Source: Wickerhamiella versatilis
Taxonomy: Eukaryota
Direction of reading: 5' to 3'
Length of the DNA stretch: 64,000 bases
Assembly (NCBI GenBank): GCA_030867685.1
Contig: JAQOWU010000008.1
Location: forward strand, 3,534,001-3,598,000
Part shown: positions 51,450 through 60,473 of the stretch, one piece after another
Position numbering within the stretch: the first letter of the stretch is position 1
Layout of the letters: each line of letters starts with the position of its first letter
Notes under the pieces: model-generated
The model's input: only the letters and a program-made list of their open reading frames with translations
Database searches by the model: none
What the model was told of the DNA's origin: nothing
Made by a program: the position numbers and the translations under genes

Positions 51450-52670
51450 ATGGAGTTTCAATGTAACCATGACATTCCGGTAAAGTTGCCATCCATACAC
51501 CAACTGGTGTCAGATGTAGCCCCAGCGTCGCGTGTGCTAAGATCCCTCAAAGAAAGTGAATCAGGGGATGAAACTGAGGAGTGTTCCCAAAAAAAGACAT
51601 TGAAACAAGGCGACGAAGTTGCTAGAGGTGAGCAAAATTCAATTGCTACTACTAGCCACCATGATGTCGGCCCGACGGGCCCGTCCCCGTCCATGCTTAA
51701 GATGCCAAACCCTAGAGAAACCAAGACATACTTTCCAACGGATAGCAAGGATCGGTCAATTTACAGTAACACTTTGGGGGAAAGAGGTGCGTCTCTCAGG
51801 CCCAAGTGCTTGGAAACATTGCCAAGTGATGAACGACACGGGTCGGGAGTAAGAGACAAAGTGCCACTCAATTCCTATTTCACCATTCCTGTGTACACCT
51901 GTGCCCATATGGATACTCCCCATGTGCCGCAGAAGGCTGATGTGCAAGATTTACGTACTGGTTGTGACGAGATCCATCATATCCCATTGCCAGCGCCTCC
52001 CCGTATAAAACAGAGTGACATAGAAGCGAAGCAACACGACTTGCCATCGGTATCTAGTATATTTCGCACAGTTCCGCCGATCAATGTTGTAGGGCCATCT
52101 TGTGAAGTAAAGCGGTCACAAGATGGTACCTCATTGTCTGCACGAGATATCAAACACGAGTTAGATGTCGAAAATGCTCGTCGTTTGCATGCGGAAGCTC
52201 GGAGTGTACAGCAGCAAAAAGCAACCCCCTCGGGAGCGACCAACAGTGCCCAAATCCTGTTGAATCAACCTATGCGCTTCCCACTACCTGAGGCTGGTTG
52301 GACAAAACAGGATAGCCTACATTCACCAGCAGCATACGTAGATGGTAGCCGCAGCTATATCATGGGAATGGACCATGATGGTCCAAAACGAAGGGGAAAT
52401 TTACCGAAACCCGTAACCCACATTTTACGGACCTGGCTACAAGATCATTTGGACCACCCTTATCCCAGTGACGAAGATAAGCAGGGGCTCATGGGTCAAA
52501 CTGGGCTGTCCCTGGTACAAATATCCAATTGGTTTATTAATGCTCGGCGCAGAGCACTGCCACAAAGCCATCGTAAGGGAAAGGGCCGTGGCCGAGTGCG
52601 AGGGGGCATCAACCAAATAACAACCAAATGGCAACCAAGCAGCCCAATCCAGGACAGACAAGCCCATTGA
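51450..52670 (+). CDS. CUP9: TALE-class homeodomain transcription factor, Cup9/Tos8-like
   Basis: KRRGNLPK.....L..WL..H..HPYPS...K......TGL...QISNWFINARRR with PYP loop. Confidence 0.8.
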   Translation: MEFQCNHDIPVKLPSIHQLVSDVAPASRVLRSLKESESGDETEECSQKKTLKQGDEVARGEQNSIATTSHHDVGPTGPSPSMLKMPNPRETKTYFPTDSKDRSIYSNTLGERGASLRPKCLETLPSDERHGSGVRDKVPLNSYFTIPVYTCAHMDTPHVPQKADVQDLRTGCDEIHHIPLPAPPRIKQSDIEAKQHDLPSVSSIFRTVPPINVVGPSCEVKRSQDGTSLSARDIKHELDVENARRLHAEARSVQQQKATPSGATNSAQILLNQPMRFPLPEAGWTKQDSLHSPAAYVDGSRSYIMGMDHDGPKRRGNLPKPVTHILRTWLQDHLDHPYPSDEDKQGLMGQTGLSLVQISNWFINARRRALPQSHRKGKGRGRVRGGINQITTKWQPSSPIQDRQAH

Positions 52671-52861
52671 CAGGAGATCATGAAACAAGAAATGTTGGTT
52701 GCATATTATGCTCAGCATTATATGATCCCTCTCAATATATTTATCAATGCACGCAATTGATATTGTTGGTGCACCAGCTTTGTAAATTGCTACAATAAGG
52801 TGTTGAGTTTCTATTTCATCACCACGGTTGTAAAGCATATCAAAGCGTATAATTTGTATTT

Positions 52862-52919
52862 ATAGGTGGATAGGCAAGTAGACAGATAGACAGGTGGACA
52901 GATAGATAGATAGATAGAT
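52862..52919. repeat. Degenerate (GATA/GACA)n tetranucleotide repeat
   Basis: agacagatagacaggtggacagatagatagatagatagat. Confidence 0.8.
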
Positions 52920-53016
52920 TAACATATATATATGGACAAATGGATACAACTCCTACTTATAATTGGCGCAGGTACCAAGTGATAATTATTCTCATTAGCT
53001 CAAATACTTACATTCT

Positions 53017-53496
53017 CTATCTTTGCCGATTGGGCGCACGAGCACCAAATCCTCCCCGGCCCGGATCATAATCCTCGCGGAATTCATCCCGCATCTGGCC
53101 ACCACTCATTCCACGGCCGTACTGTCTACCTTCAATAAAACCTGGATCTCGGTCAATCTTAACTATTCGATCGTCCAGCTTGGTTTGGTCCAAATAGCGA
53201 ATGGCTCGAATACTATCCTCATGTGTTGCAAAGTCGACAAAACAGAAACCACAGGGGGTCTTATTAAACCGATCTAACCCCATAACTATACGATCAATCT
53301 TGCCAGCACGGGAGAATAGCTCATACACCTGCTCCTCCGTGGTGTAAAAAGAGAGATTACCAATATATACAGTGGCAGAGCTCTGCACCTTCTCAAGATC
53401 CTTCTCTCCTTCTGCAGACTTCCGTGCCTGTCTGTACAAATAACCACTGATGCCATCAGTGCGTTCTGTGGAATGTGGCCCAAAACGATCCGGCAT
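53017..53496 (-). CDS. CBC2: Nuclear cap-binding protein CBP20
   Basis: [51 protein letters not shown]. Confidence 0.97.
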   Translation of the reverse strand: MPDRFGPHSTERTDGISGYLYRQARKSAEGEKDLEKVQSSATVYIGNLSFYTTEEQVYELFSRAGKIDRIVMGLDRFNKTPCGFCFVDFATHEDSIRAIRYLDQTKLDDRIVKIDRDPGFIEGRQYGRGMSGGQMRDEFREDYDPGRGGFGARAPNRQR

Positions 53497-53917
53497 CAAG
53501 TGACCTCGGATTAGTAACAAAGTAACTCTCTTTATTATATATGCCTCCTATAGACAGGCAGGTGCTAGCTGGTTGCTTCACTTTGACTGGAGACATTCAT
53601 GGCTGGAAATAAATAGTGATAAGTGAAAATTAGTTTACAAAAGGCTACAATTCGGCTTCTAATAACTGGCGTCAACCAGGCTATAACTTAGCCACTAGAT
53701 TGTGCCGACTCCCGCACTAAACAAGTAATTTTGGAGTACCTCCATCTTCAATGGACTAAAATAGTCGTCCAACTCGCCTCACATATACGCCTCTCAGCGG
53801 ATGATCTCCGACCATCGGCTAATACTTACTAATAATGATCAAGCCCCCATAAATTTAGTTTTGTAATTGCATTACCTAAACATCTTTCCTACCGTAACGT
53901 GAGCCTACCTCCAAGGT

Positions 53918-55453
53918 ATGGGAAATATTGTCGTCAAAAATGCCGAGAATAAGAATGCAATGACAGCAGCTTCATCAGAAACTGACGATGATGATGATAG
54001 TGCTATAGGTGGTTTATCAGAGCCACCTATATGTTGTGAAATGAATCCTTTAGACGCCGATATTGTGGCGTCAGAATCGAATCACTTGAAATCCTCTTCA
54101 GCGCATCAGCACGATGCAGCAGAAGCACTAGATGCTTTTCTTGGCAAGGGTACCGCTGGGGCACATCTTACAGCGGAAACAGCCCATGGACATTTAGCAA
54201 AGCCTCCCAGTGCGTTACCCCGCTTGCGTGACCAAAGTGAGTCCACGAGGCCTGCCACGACACCCGTTCGTATCCATCAGCGCCGTAGACATGACTCGAT
54301 GGGGGGTGGTGCTAGCTCCTCCTCCTATTCGAGCGCGAACACCGCGTCGTCCACCTCATCATTTGAAACAAGTTCTAGTGACGATATAGAGGCACCTGTA
54401 CTTTCAAATGGGAAAGCTGGGGCGTCGGATGCGTCCACGGTAAGGCATGATTCAATCTTATCGGCGCGTCTGCCCCTAAAGTCTCTTATCAAAAGAGTCT
54501 GCGTTGCGGGCTTAGAACCCCGGCCTAAGAAGCAGTTTTGCCTCTCCCAAACGGAAATCCAGGACATATGTTCTGCCTCACGGAATTTATTCTTGAAACA
54601 GCCAACCTTGTTGAAATTGAGAGCACCTGTTAAGGTGGTGGGTGATATTCATGGCCAGTTCAAGGATCTTATGAGGATCCTGCGACTCGGCGGTATGCCA
54701 CCAAATGTATCCTACCTCTTTATGGGGGATTATGTGGATCGAGGCAAACAGAGTCTAGAGACCATCACCCTTTTATTGTGCTTGAAACTGCGGTTTCCTG
54801 ACAATATCTTCCTATTACGGGGCAATCATGAGTGCGCAAGCGTAACTAAGGTCTACGGATTCTATGATGAGTGCAAGCGGCGGGCTTCACTGAAGGTCTG
54901 GCGGAATTTTGTCGACGTGTTTAACACAATGCCCATCGCCGCCACTGTGGGTGAGCGGATATTTTGCGTTCATGGCGGTATATCGCCTTACCTGGGTTCT
55001 TTGTCTGATATCGAGGACTACAAGAGACCTTCAGATATCCCGGAAGACGGGCTAATTAGCGACTTGCTTTGGTCGGATCCAGACCCTCAGGTCAAGGAAT
55101 GGAGCGATAACGACAGAGGCGTATCTTTCTGCTTTGGCAAGCGGTCTTTAGATCGATTTTGTCGTAAGTTCGGATTTGACCTAGTCGTTCGTGGCCACAT
55201 GGTTGTTGAAGATGGCTATGAGTTCTTTGGAGGTCGTAAACTTGTAACGGTGTTCAGTGCTCCGAATTACTGCAACGATTTTGATAACGCAGGGGCCATT
55301 ATGAACATCACTGAGGACCTGCTGTGCTCGTTCCAGGTTTTGGAGCCGTATGAATCTCGCAAGAAGTCATCCCATGGCAAATCGCAAGGTGTCAAGGTCT
55401 CGCACCAGGCCCTTGGAAGCAGAGTGAAAGCTGCGCAGAGTGCGTTCGCTTAA
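53918..55453 (+). CDS. PPQ1: PP1-related Ser/Thr phosphatase, Ppq1 (Ppz/Ppq group)
   Basis: GDIHGQ, GDYVDRG, RGNHE, SAPNYC; HGGISP, DPDPQV and RGHMVVEDG fit Ppq1; Ser-rich N-terminal extension. Confidence 0.82.
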   Translation: MGNIVVKNAENKNAMTAASSETDDDDDSAIGGLSEPPICCEMNPLDADIVASESNHLKSSSAHQHDAAEALDAFLGKGTAGAHLTAETAHGHLAKPPSALPRLRDQSESTRPATTPVRIHQRRRHDSMGGGASSSSYSSANTASSTSSFETSSSDDIEAPVLSNGKAGASDASTVRHDSILSARLPLKSLIKRVCVAGLEPRPKKQFCLSQTEIQDICSASRNLFLKQPTLLKLRAPVKVVGDIHGQFKDLMRILRLGGMPPNVSYLFMGDYVDRGKQSLETITLLLCLKLRFPDNIFLLRGNHECASVTKVYGFYDECKRRASLKVWRNFVDVFNTMPIAATVGERIFCVHGGISPYLGSLSDIEDYKRPSDIPEDGLISDLLWSDPDPQVKEWSDNDRGVSFCFGKRSLDRFCRKFGFDLVVRGHMVVEDGYEFFGGRKLVTVFSAPNYCNDFDNAGAIMNITEDLLCSFQVLEPYESRKKSSHGKSQGVKVSHQALGSRVKAAQSAFA

Positions 55454-55676
55454 AGGGGATTTTATTTATTTAGTATCCTTTATGCGACGAAGCTACGTAT
55501 ATAAACAATTATATCCTTAAATCTTCTATACATCGGGGAGCTACGCTGCCCCGGTCTGAATGGGCTGAGACACTATGCCTTCCTGAAGTAGGGGGGATCA
55601 TAGGTCTAGGTTAGAATTTGTCAGCAAAAAACGCGCCCTCTTTGAGAAACTTGAACACGCGACTTCACAAGCTCTC

Positions 55677-57779
55677 ATGAGCGACTACTTGCTTGGCATC
55701 CATGAGTATGTCGCTCGTACGTCTGATGAGATCGATGTTCGTAAGGGGGACTATATAGAGGTGATCGAGGATGACGCCCAATACCAGGATCAGTGGTATA
55801 TAGGGAGAAATCTTGCCACTGGCAGGACAGGTCTATTTCCTAAGATATACACCACAAGTGTAGCAGGAAAGCCCCCGAATCTTGAGGAAAAACCCGTAAA
55901 AACGGTGAATACCAGGGGTTCGAGTCCTCAGCATAATTTGGAGGAGTCTCCTGTTTCGGTTGCTTCATTATCCCAGGCTTCTGCGTCACGACACTCTGAG
56001 TCTACCGAATCCACAGAAATCAATGGCAGTTCAAAGACATATACAAGAGATGGCGCCCCCACGCAGTCACGTCCTTATATACCCGAGAGATCTGCGTCGG
56101 TTGCTGCAACTATGAACGATATAGATGCTGCGTTAAACGAGATGCATATTGCACCACCAACACCTCAGAGCAGTTCAACCACTACCGTTGATGCCCCTGA
56201 TCCCACAAGTGTGGTGGCATGGTCTCCGGCCGACGTCAAAACATACCTAATAGCACGTGGTCATGACCCATCCGCAGCTAATAGTTTCCTGGTCCACAAT
56301 GTTACGGGGCAAATCTTGCTCGAATTGGGCCGGGATGATCTGAAGGAGCTCGATATACCCAGTTTTGGAACCCGTTATGAGATACACAAGGAAATCACAT
56401 ATCTGAATGCCGTTGCCCAAGGGGCTATCGGCCTTGGTTTCCCCCCGTTTTCACCTACCAGCGGATCAATAAAGTCCCCAACGATACCCCAAGTGGCACA
56501 GCCTCAGCAGACGGTACCAACAGCGAAGTACACCTTCCCAACCTTCGCTCCGTCCCCTACGGCAACAACTACATCATCGTTCGACAGTACTCCTGCCCGT
56601 ACTGTGTTCCCGCCTTCTAGTGTCCCCTCAGGTGGCCAGCAGCTTTCGAGACTTAGCAGTAAGCCTCACAATTCCAATGGTGCTGGTGATCAACATGGTT
56701 CTATTTTTGATGGCTTAGAGGCCTGTGAGCCAGCTGATGCTCCCTCCCGCCAAGGAAACCAAAAAGATGGACACTCAAGAAGTGATTCAAGATCTTCCAT
56801 GATTGCAGCGGCGGCATCCTCAGCATGGCATGCCAAATCGCCCCCAGCGTCGCCACATCCTACATCGCCCAAGCAATACCGAAGGAGCCATTCACGATCG
56901 GTTTCAGAGGTTAGTCGCCCTTCACTTCGAGCAGGAGATGCTAAGGCCCATCGTAGACACAGCTCAGTGTTTTCTTTTGTGTCCAACAACTTTAACGCCT
57001 CTCCTGTAAAGCATAAGAAGACACCATCGCAATCTCAAGAAGCAGAAGCGGCTAATGCTCGGCCTCAAGCACCTCTAACCAAGGAGGAAATTGTACGAGA
57101 AAAAGAACGCGAACTCAAAAACCAGGGAAACAAGGACGTTAAAAGAACCAACACTACGTTCAAAGATCTCAGGTCTGCATCAACTCAAGTACTCAAACCG
57201 CATAAAATCAAGACAAGTGCCTTCCAGGAGGGTATCCAGAACGTATCTGCCCACGAATCCGGGTCAGACGCCCAGTGTTCTGGTTGGATGCGCAAACGTG
57301 GTGGTACAGGCCCCGGTGTGTGGCGGACTAGATATTTTACGCTACACGGTACGCGTTTGTCATATTTCTCGAGTTTTAAAGATACCAAGGAAAAAGGCCT
57401 CATTGATATCATTGGTCATCGCGTTATCAGAGTTTGGGATTCCAGCTCATCTGAAGACCGCTTGGTTGCATTGTATGCGGCTAGTGTTGGTGCCGGCAGG
57501 AATGTCTTCAAACTAGTACCTCCAGCACCAGGCTACAAAAAAGGAGTTGCATTTACGGCACCCAAGACACATTATTTCGCTGTGGAGACGGAAGAAGAAC
57601 TCGAAAAATGGGTCTCGGCGTTGACTGTGGCGACAATTGAAAGAGATGATAGCTCTCCTGTAATTTCAACTTGTCGTACTGAGACTGTTTCCCTAGCTAA
57701 AGCACGTGAGCTTATGGCAGAGCGTCTAAAAAGAGAGGCTGCCTCTCAAAGAGCACTAGAGAACGGTGAAGAAATCTAG
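55677..57779 (+). CDS. BOI1: SH3-SAM-PH polarity protein Boi1/Boi2 (Pob1)
   Basis: N-terminal SH3 (GLFPK.Y), SAM (WS..DV, ITGQILLEL-like, SFGTR), PH (GWM.KRG..G.W..RYF.L.GTRLSY). Confidence 0.9.
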   Translation: MSDYLLGIHEYVARTSDEIDVRKGDYIEVIEDDAQYQDQWYIGRNLATGRTGLFPKIYTTSVAGKPPNLEEKPVKTVNTRGSSPQHNLEESPVSVASLSQASASRHSESTESTEINGSSKTYTRDGAPTQSRPYIPERSASVAATMNDIDAALNEMHIAPPTPQSSSTTTVDAPDPTSVVAWSPADVKTYLIARGHDPSAANSFLVHNVTGQILLELGRDDLKELDIPSFGTRYEIHKEITYLNAVAQGAIGLGFPPFSPTSGSIKSPTIPQVAQPQQTVPTAKYTFPTFAPSPTATTTSSFDSTPARTVFPPSSVPSGGQQLSRLSSKPHNSNGAGDQHGSIFDGLEACEPADAPSRQGNQKDGHSRSDSRSSMIAAAASSAWHAKSPPASPHPTSPKQYRRSHSRSVSEVSRPSLRAGDAKAHRRHSSVFSFVSNNFNASPVKHKKTPSQSQEAEAANARPQAPLTKEEIVREKERELKNQGNKDVKRTNTTFKDLRSASTQVLKPHKIKTSAFQEGIQNVSAHESGSDAQCSGWMRKRGGTGPGVWRTRYFTLHGTRLSYFSSFKDTKEKGLIDIIGHRVIRVWDSSSSEDRLVALYAASVGAGRNVFKLVPPAPGYKKGVAFTAPKTHYFAVETEEELEKWVSALTVATIERDDSSPVISTCRTETVSLAKARELMAERLKREAASQRALENGEEI

Positions 57780-57921
57780 GACCATGTTTTTTTCTATTTA
57801 TGCTAGTCATGCCCGCAATTATAAAATTTATATTGCAATAAAAAATAATAATACAATATTTTTTCGTGCCCTATTGTCTAAATTATTGCCTTATTGGTTT
57901 TATAGGGATAGCGAGATTAGA

Positions 57922-59778
57922 TTAGGACGACATGAGATCATTTACAAGTTGTGCAGACTTGGGGTCTAGATTCGTAGCCATAGTAAAGCACTTTGTGGCT
58001 TCTGTATCCTTTCCTAAAGCCTTATAGGCCTTCGCAAGCGCCAGGTACACACCTGGTTCACTGGGGGCCAACGTTTCCAACTGGCGAAGTTCTTTTATGG
58101 CATCGGCCATCATTCCAGCTTCCATAAGAGCTTCTGCTCTATGATATCGGGCGACTGCACTTGTAGGCTGCATTTCGCATGCAATATTGAAATGCTGCAG
58201 AGCTTGAGCGGTCCTGCCGCATTCCTGCAAAACTCTGCCTAAGAAACATTCGAGAACAGCGTTTTCGGGACTCAGTCTTAATGCCTGGCTGAAATGCTGT
58301 TCGGCATGGTCAAGTTCCCCTAGTCGGAGAAATACAAGACCCAGTCCAAAGTAGGCTGCATGGTGCAAGGGGTCTGCACGAAGAGCCAAGCGGTAGGCTT
58401 CTAGTGCACTTTGCAGCTGGCCAGCAGTCACATATTCATGACCCCACAGCGTGAAAGCATACGCAGCCTTGGGCTCGAGTTGGGTCGCTCGATGAAAACA
58501 TTCCAGTGCTTGTTCCTGTTGGTGTTGCTCGGAAAAGCTGTTGCCCAGCGCACACCAGGTCTGCCACTGTTGCCGACCTAAATGGAGAGTGGAGAGCTCA
58601 TGAGCTAAGAGCCCGAGTTCTATATCTTTATGAAGATGCCAAAGAACTGTGGAATAGTACTCCATACCATCAAAATGATTGGGCGCAACGCTGCGGAGCT
58701 CCTGGAATGCTTCAAAACTTTTTTGATATTCTACGCGGCCGTACTGGCATAATGCCGCTGCTAAGAGCATACTACGCGTTTTTTGATGTGGCTCCGGGAG
58801 CTCTTCGATAGCTGCTTGTGCTCCTGAATATCTTCCACATGCCATACGTTTAAGTACTCGCGCACAAATCTCTAAAACGCTCGAGGGGCCTTTTGTCTGA
58901 GATAGGTCAAACGAATTTTTTTGGGGTAAAGGAATTGGCGCCAGTTCTAGTGATGTGGAATCAAAAGTGGAGGCCAGAGAGCCCATGGAACGTCGAGACC
59001 TTGGCCGGAAAGTATTGGGAGCACCAAGCCCAAGCTCTGGCCCAGCTCTGGAAGGGGCGAAGGGAGGTGGCATAGGGGCTGGAGGAGTTTGATATACACC
59101 TGAACTGGGAAAAGGCTGAAGCAGCCCTGATGGGGTACGTAGTGGCGTACTGCTGTTACCAGCCGCTAAAGGTTTACGACGTGGCGTCACTGCTTGCCTT
59201 GGGGTGGAAGTTGTTGCAGCCGAGACCGAGATGGGAGGTATAATAACATCCTCTTTATCCCTTCCCTGTGCAAATGGATCTTCGGCCAAACGAGTGAATA
59301 GATTTTCTGTTTTGAGATCTATACCAGGCAACCGACAAAGCAGCGCCACATTTTCCCACAACAATGGATTGAGCTTTGCGCTTATCCCTAGAGACGTGAC
59401 AGCGGTTTCATTGTCTCCCTGGGCTACACAAATTTTCCCCAGAAGTAGATGCATTGCAGCTGCTGGAATGGCACCGCGCCGTTGTCCTGTGGGTGTCTCA
59501 GTCTCCCAAGTGGACTTCGACGCCTCCAACATTGTGATACCCTGCATATATTGCTTTAGTTCTAGGCAACATTGGCCATAAATATATATGCACCCGCTAT
59601 GATTGCTTCCAGAGACGATTGCACGCGCTGCGTCAAAGCGTCTCTGCCTGAAAAGAACGAGACCATAGAGGTAGCGAGACTCAGAGTTATCATCTTGCGC
59701 CATTAATTGTTCCGCAAGGAATTCTGCTCCCTCTAGGAGGTCAAGATCCAGGCACTGCCATATCTGGCTGGCGGCCAT
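57922..59778 (-). CDS. CDC27: APC/C TPR subunit Cdc27/Apc3
   Basis: AEFLAEQL, GC.YIY.QCC..L, NPLLW, MEYYSTVLWHL, W.A.GN.FS...., AYA.TL.GHE. Confidence 0.88.
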   Translation of the reverse strand: MAASQIWQCLDLDLLEGAEFLAEQLMAQDDNSESRYLYGLVLFRQRRFDAARAIVSGSNHSGCIYIYGQCCLELKQYMQGITMLEASKSTWETETPTGQRRGAIPAAAMHLLLGKICVAQGDNETAVTSLGISAKLNPLLWENVALLCRLPGIDLKTENLFTRLAEDPFAQGRDKEDVIIPPISVSAATTSTPRQAVTPRRKPLAAGNSSTPLRTPSGLLQPFPSSGVYQTPPAPMPPPFAPSRAGPELGLGAPNTFRPRSRRSMGSLASTFDSTSLELAPIPLPQKNSFDLSQTKGPSSVLEICARVLKRMACGRYSGAQAAIEELPEPHQKTRSMLLAAALCQYGRVEYQKSFEAFQELRSVAPNHFDGMEYYSTVLWHLHKDIELGLLAHELSTLHLGRQQWQTWCALGNSFSEQHQQEQALECFHRATQLEPKAAYAFTLWGHEYVTAGQLQSALEAYRLALRADPLHHAAYFGLGLVFLRLGELDHAEQHFSQALRLSPENAVLECFLGRVLQECGRTAQALQHFNIACEMQPTSAVARYHRAEALMEAGMMADAIKELRQLETLAPSEPGVYLALAKAYKALGKDTEATKCFTMATNLDPKSAQLVNDLMSS

Positions 59779-60133
59779 TGTGGTAGATACGTAAGCGCAG
59801 TGCGCATAGCGCCAGAACTTGGGGTTAAGATAGACCAATATCAAGAAAAAACATTGCTTTTAAATACGAACAAATATTTAACTTCAACATAAGTATTTGT
59901 CTGCAAGCAGTTAATGCACAAAGAGGTCAGAAAACTCAGTTTGATATGCTGATCATAGACTAATACTACATAAAAAGAAAGATGAGCCCACTAAGAAAAA
60001 ACGTAGATAGACCGCCGCCAAAATTTCGTTGGCCTTATACCCTTTTATTTGTCGAGTCTTGCTATTTCGTCTTTGGTCACGAGAACCAGATGTGCATCAC
60101 GTAACACAGACACAGTTCGAATCTCAAGGATAG

Positions 60134-60442
60134 ATGCTACCGCTCTCACTGCTGAATGCAGCTCGCGGGTCTGAACTGGTGATTGAACTTAAGCTTGGCG
60201 ATGTGGTAACTGGCAAGCTAGTTTCCTGCGATGCGTTTATGAACCTTTTACTACGGGATGTCGTCCAGAAAAGTGTCGACGGTAAAAATCAGAAGGAGAA
60301 GCCTGAAATGTTCGTCAAGGGTACATTCATAAAGTATGTAGGAGTGTCGGAACAACTTCTCGATGACATCAAGGAAGAAAGACAGACAAAGCGCGAAGAG
60401 ATGCGGGCACAGGAATGGCGCGAGAGTCGACAGAGGAACTAG
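60134..60442 (+). CDS. LSM4: Sm-like protein Lsm4
   Basis: MLPLSLL..A.G....IELK.G....G.L..CD.FMNL.L; Sm2 FVKGTFIKY. Confidence 0.85.
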   Translation: MLPLSLLNAARGSELVIELKLGDVVTGKLVSCDAFMNLLLRDVVQKSVDGKNQKEKPEMFVKGTFIKYVGVSEQLLDDIKEERQTKREEMRAQEWRESRQRN

Positions 60443-60473
60443 GTATTTTGTTCTTATATATTTGAATACGAGA

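Noticed and set aside
60114..60125. GTTCGAATC B-box/tRNA T-loop-like motif before LSM4
   Set aside because: No T-stem pairing or cloverleaf in the flanks
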